A stretch of DNA of 64,000 nucleotides, taken from the NCBI GenBank assembly GCA_036172245.1, contig JAYWIR010000008.1, positions 3,224,001 through 3,288,000 on the forward strand, read 5' to 3'. The stretch is from Raillietiella orientalis (taxonomy: Eukaryota). The notes beneath the pieces were generated by a model. The model was not told where the DNA came from. It did not search any database and worked only from the letters and a program-made list of their open reading frames with translations. Positions 62,049 to 64,000 of the stretch are shown piece by piece. The position numbers were made by a program, and so were the translations under genes. How positions within the stretch are numbered: the first letter of the stretch is position 1; every line of letters begins with the position of its first letter.

Positions 62049-64000
62049 GTGAGTAGGGGCGCCGTCCTCCTTCTGACTCCTTCTGGATCTCCTGCTGGGC
62101 TCGGAGTCAAGGCACTCGTAGGGGCGCCGGTTCCCCGCGCCGTCCGCTTCCCTCCGAGTCCAAAAGGAGATCCCCCGCAGCGGTCTCCAAAGAGGCGCCC
62201 TCTTCTCGTCTTCGGACTCGGAGGATGCTGGGAAGTCGTCGTCTGCGGAGAGGGAGCAAAGATGGAAGGGGAAGGTGAGGGGGAAGTGCGAGGAGTTCTT
62301 CCACTCTTCCGCCTTCCTCTTCCTCCTCCCTTCCGGCCCGGTCTGCGCGGAGCCGGAGTCCGCGACCTCGACTACCCTCCAGAAAGAAGGGACGATGGGC
62401 ACCGAGCAGGCGAAATCAAACCCTACCCAGTTGAGGGTACTGGAGGGGCCGGGGAGCTCCATTCCGGAAGAGTAGGGAGGCGGCGTTACCAGAGGAGACC
62501 TCCACGGCAGAGATGGCGGCGGGAGGAGGGCAAAAAAGGGCAAGAGCTTCCGGCGGTCTTGGAACAAGGAAACCAAGGAGGAAGACTCTCACCGCCTCCC
62601 TCCCACAAGGGGACCCCGGGGAAATTGCAGCAATCACCTTTTCCTACTCCCGCAACCTCGACTTCCCGCCTCCGGATCGGCTGCAGGTGATCGCGGTCCC
62701 TCGAGGAGCTCGAGACACTGGAGAGCGTACAGGCGGATCGGGGAGGCAGAGGGGAAAGCAAGGGATGGAGGAGGAGTGAGATAGACCTCTGCTGCCCCGG
62801 CAGGGACGGAGCGCCCTGGTCTTTCAGCGATCCGGAAGAGGCGAGGCGCTCTTCTTCCAAAGTGACTCTGGGGAAGCGAGCAGGAGAGTGAATTGGGGTG
62901 CAAAGCAAAAAACTCCTTTCCTTTCCGCCACACCCCCTCGTATCTCCCATCGCGCCCTGCAACCGTGAAGTCCTCGCCGCTTCGATTCCTATTCTCCTCC
63001 CTGTACAACCTAGAGGATCTCCTGCTCCCCACCTCCCCTACTGCCTCCAAACTGCCTTGATGACTGTTCCACGTTGCTGTCGGGACCATCCTGTAGGCCG
63101 CTCGCCCGTTCGAGACGCCGCGAATAGACCTAGAGACGCGCCCCCCGGGGTCTGCCACGGATGAGCGCGAACCTGGAGCTCTCCCCGATCCCTCTCTACC
63201 GCGAAGCTCCTGCAGCGTCTCTCAGGCCGCTTTTGCTTTACGGCACCAAGCAGGGGTCTCCCCTAGGCGAGCCACTCCTGGATGCTGCCGCAGTCGAGGC
63301 TGTCAGAATGGCAGAGAGAGAGACTCCCTCTCCCCATGATCTGCTTCCCTCCTACCCCCTTTCTCTCACAAAAGTTCCATGGAGACCACCACCTACCCCT
63401 TCTCCATGCCGTCCCACGGACGCGCGCGGTGCCGTGCCCGGAGTTTCCATGGAGACGCCAGACAAGGCGCTGCGGTTGTCGAGTGGCTGTTCCTCCGGTG
63501 GAATGGCGAGGAAGGGAGGGAAATCCCCATTTCATTTATCTTCCACTATTGTATCCCAACAATCTCACTTTCAATCAAAATTACAACATACTAAATATGA
63601 CACCACTACACTCTAAACCATTATGGAACAATCAGTGATACATATTACAATCCTTCTTTAATCAAAAAATATTTCAGCATTCCAATCCTTTCGTACTAAG
63701 AAACCATACCATAATCTAAAGATAGAAACCAATCTGTCTTACGCCGATCTAAACTCAAATCATGTAGGATTTTCTATTCGACTGAAAATAGGGTAGAAGG
63801 CGCGTCCGCCCTCTGTTCCACGCTGAGACCATTCCTCGTCGAGCTTCCCCATTCCTCCCTCGATTCTCTCCCTTCCCCTCTCCCGTTCGAAGCCGCCAGA
63901 ACGGAAGGGAGGATACGCAGGGCTTCTGACATCCCGTCATTCTGGGCGAGTGAACGGGGGGGAACAGCAGCACCTGGGAAGCCCTCAGGATGATCTGGAG

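Noticed and set aside
1..64000. CRISPR array, operons or other prokaryotic systems
   Set aside because: No regularly spaced identical repeats with unique spacers and no dense coding; the spliced gene structure shows eukaryotic DNA.

Overview
Eukaryotic genomic DNA, most likely from an arthropod (inferred from a degenerate TTAGG array and the IA-2 sequence style; possibly a crustacean). Nearly the whole window is the body of one + strand gene, an IA-2/PTPRN(2)-family receptor-type protein tyrosine phosphatase-like gene. By hand I assembled 15 GT-AG exons (6929-62048) whose intron phases all agree. They encode, in order, the Cys-rich RESP18-homology region, a low-complexity pro-region, the SEA-like mature ectodomain, the transmembrane helix, the juxtamembrane DLCR and EEP..MDISTGH motifs, and the start of the PTP domain. 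I found no signal-peptide exon or further PTP exon in the window, so both probably lie outside it. The introns hold decayed mobile DNA (two Penelope-like remnants, several LINE remnants, four copies of a SINE-like family, two AT-rich foldback elements, one palindromic element), simple repeats, and an intronless SF3A3 pseudogene fragment. The most notable structures are a pair of ~580-bp intronic inverted repeats with a 257-bp identical core bracketing three exons, and a candidate 90-nt stop-containing cassette exon after the TM exon. Most ORFs in the six-frame track are chance open frames in GC-rich introns. All homology calls come from motif recognition by eye, not from database searches.
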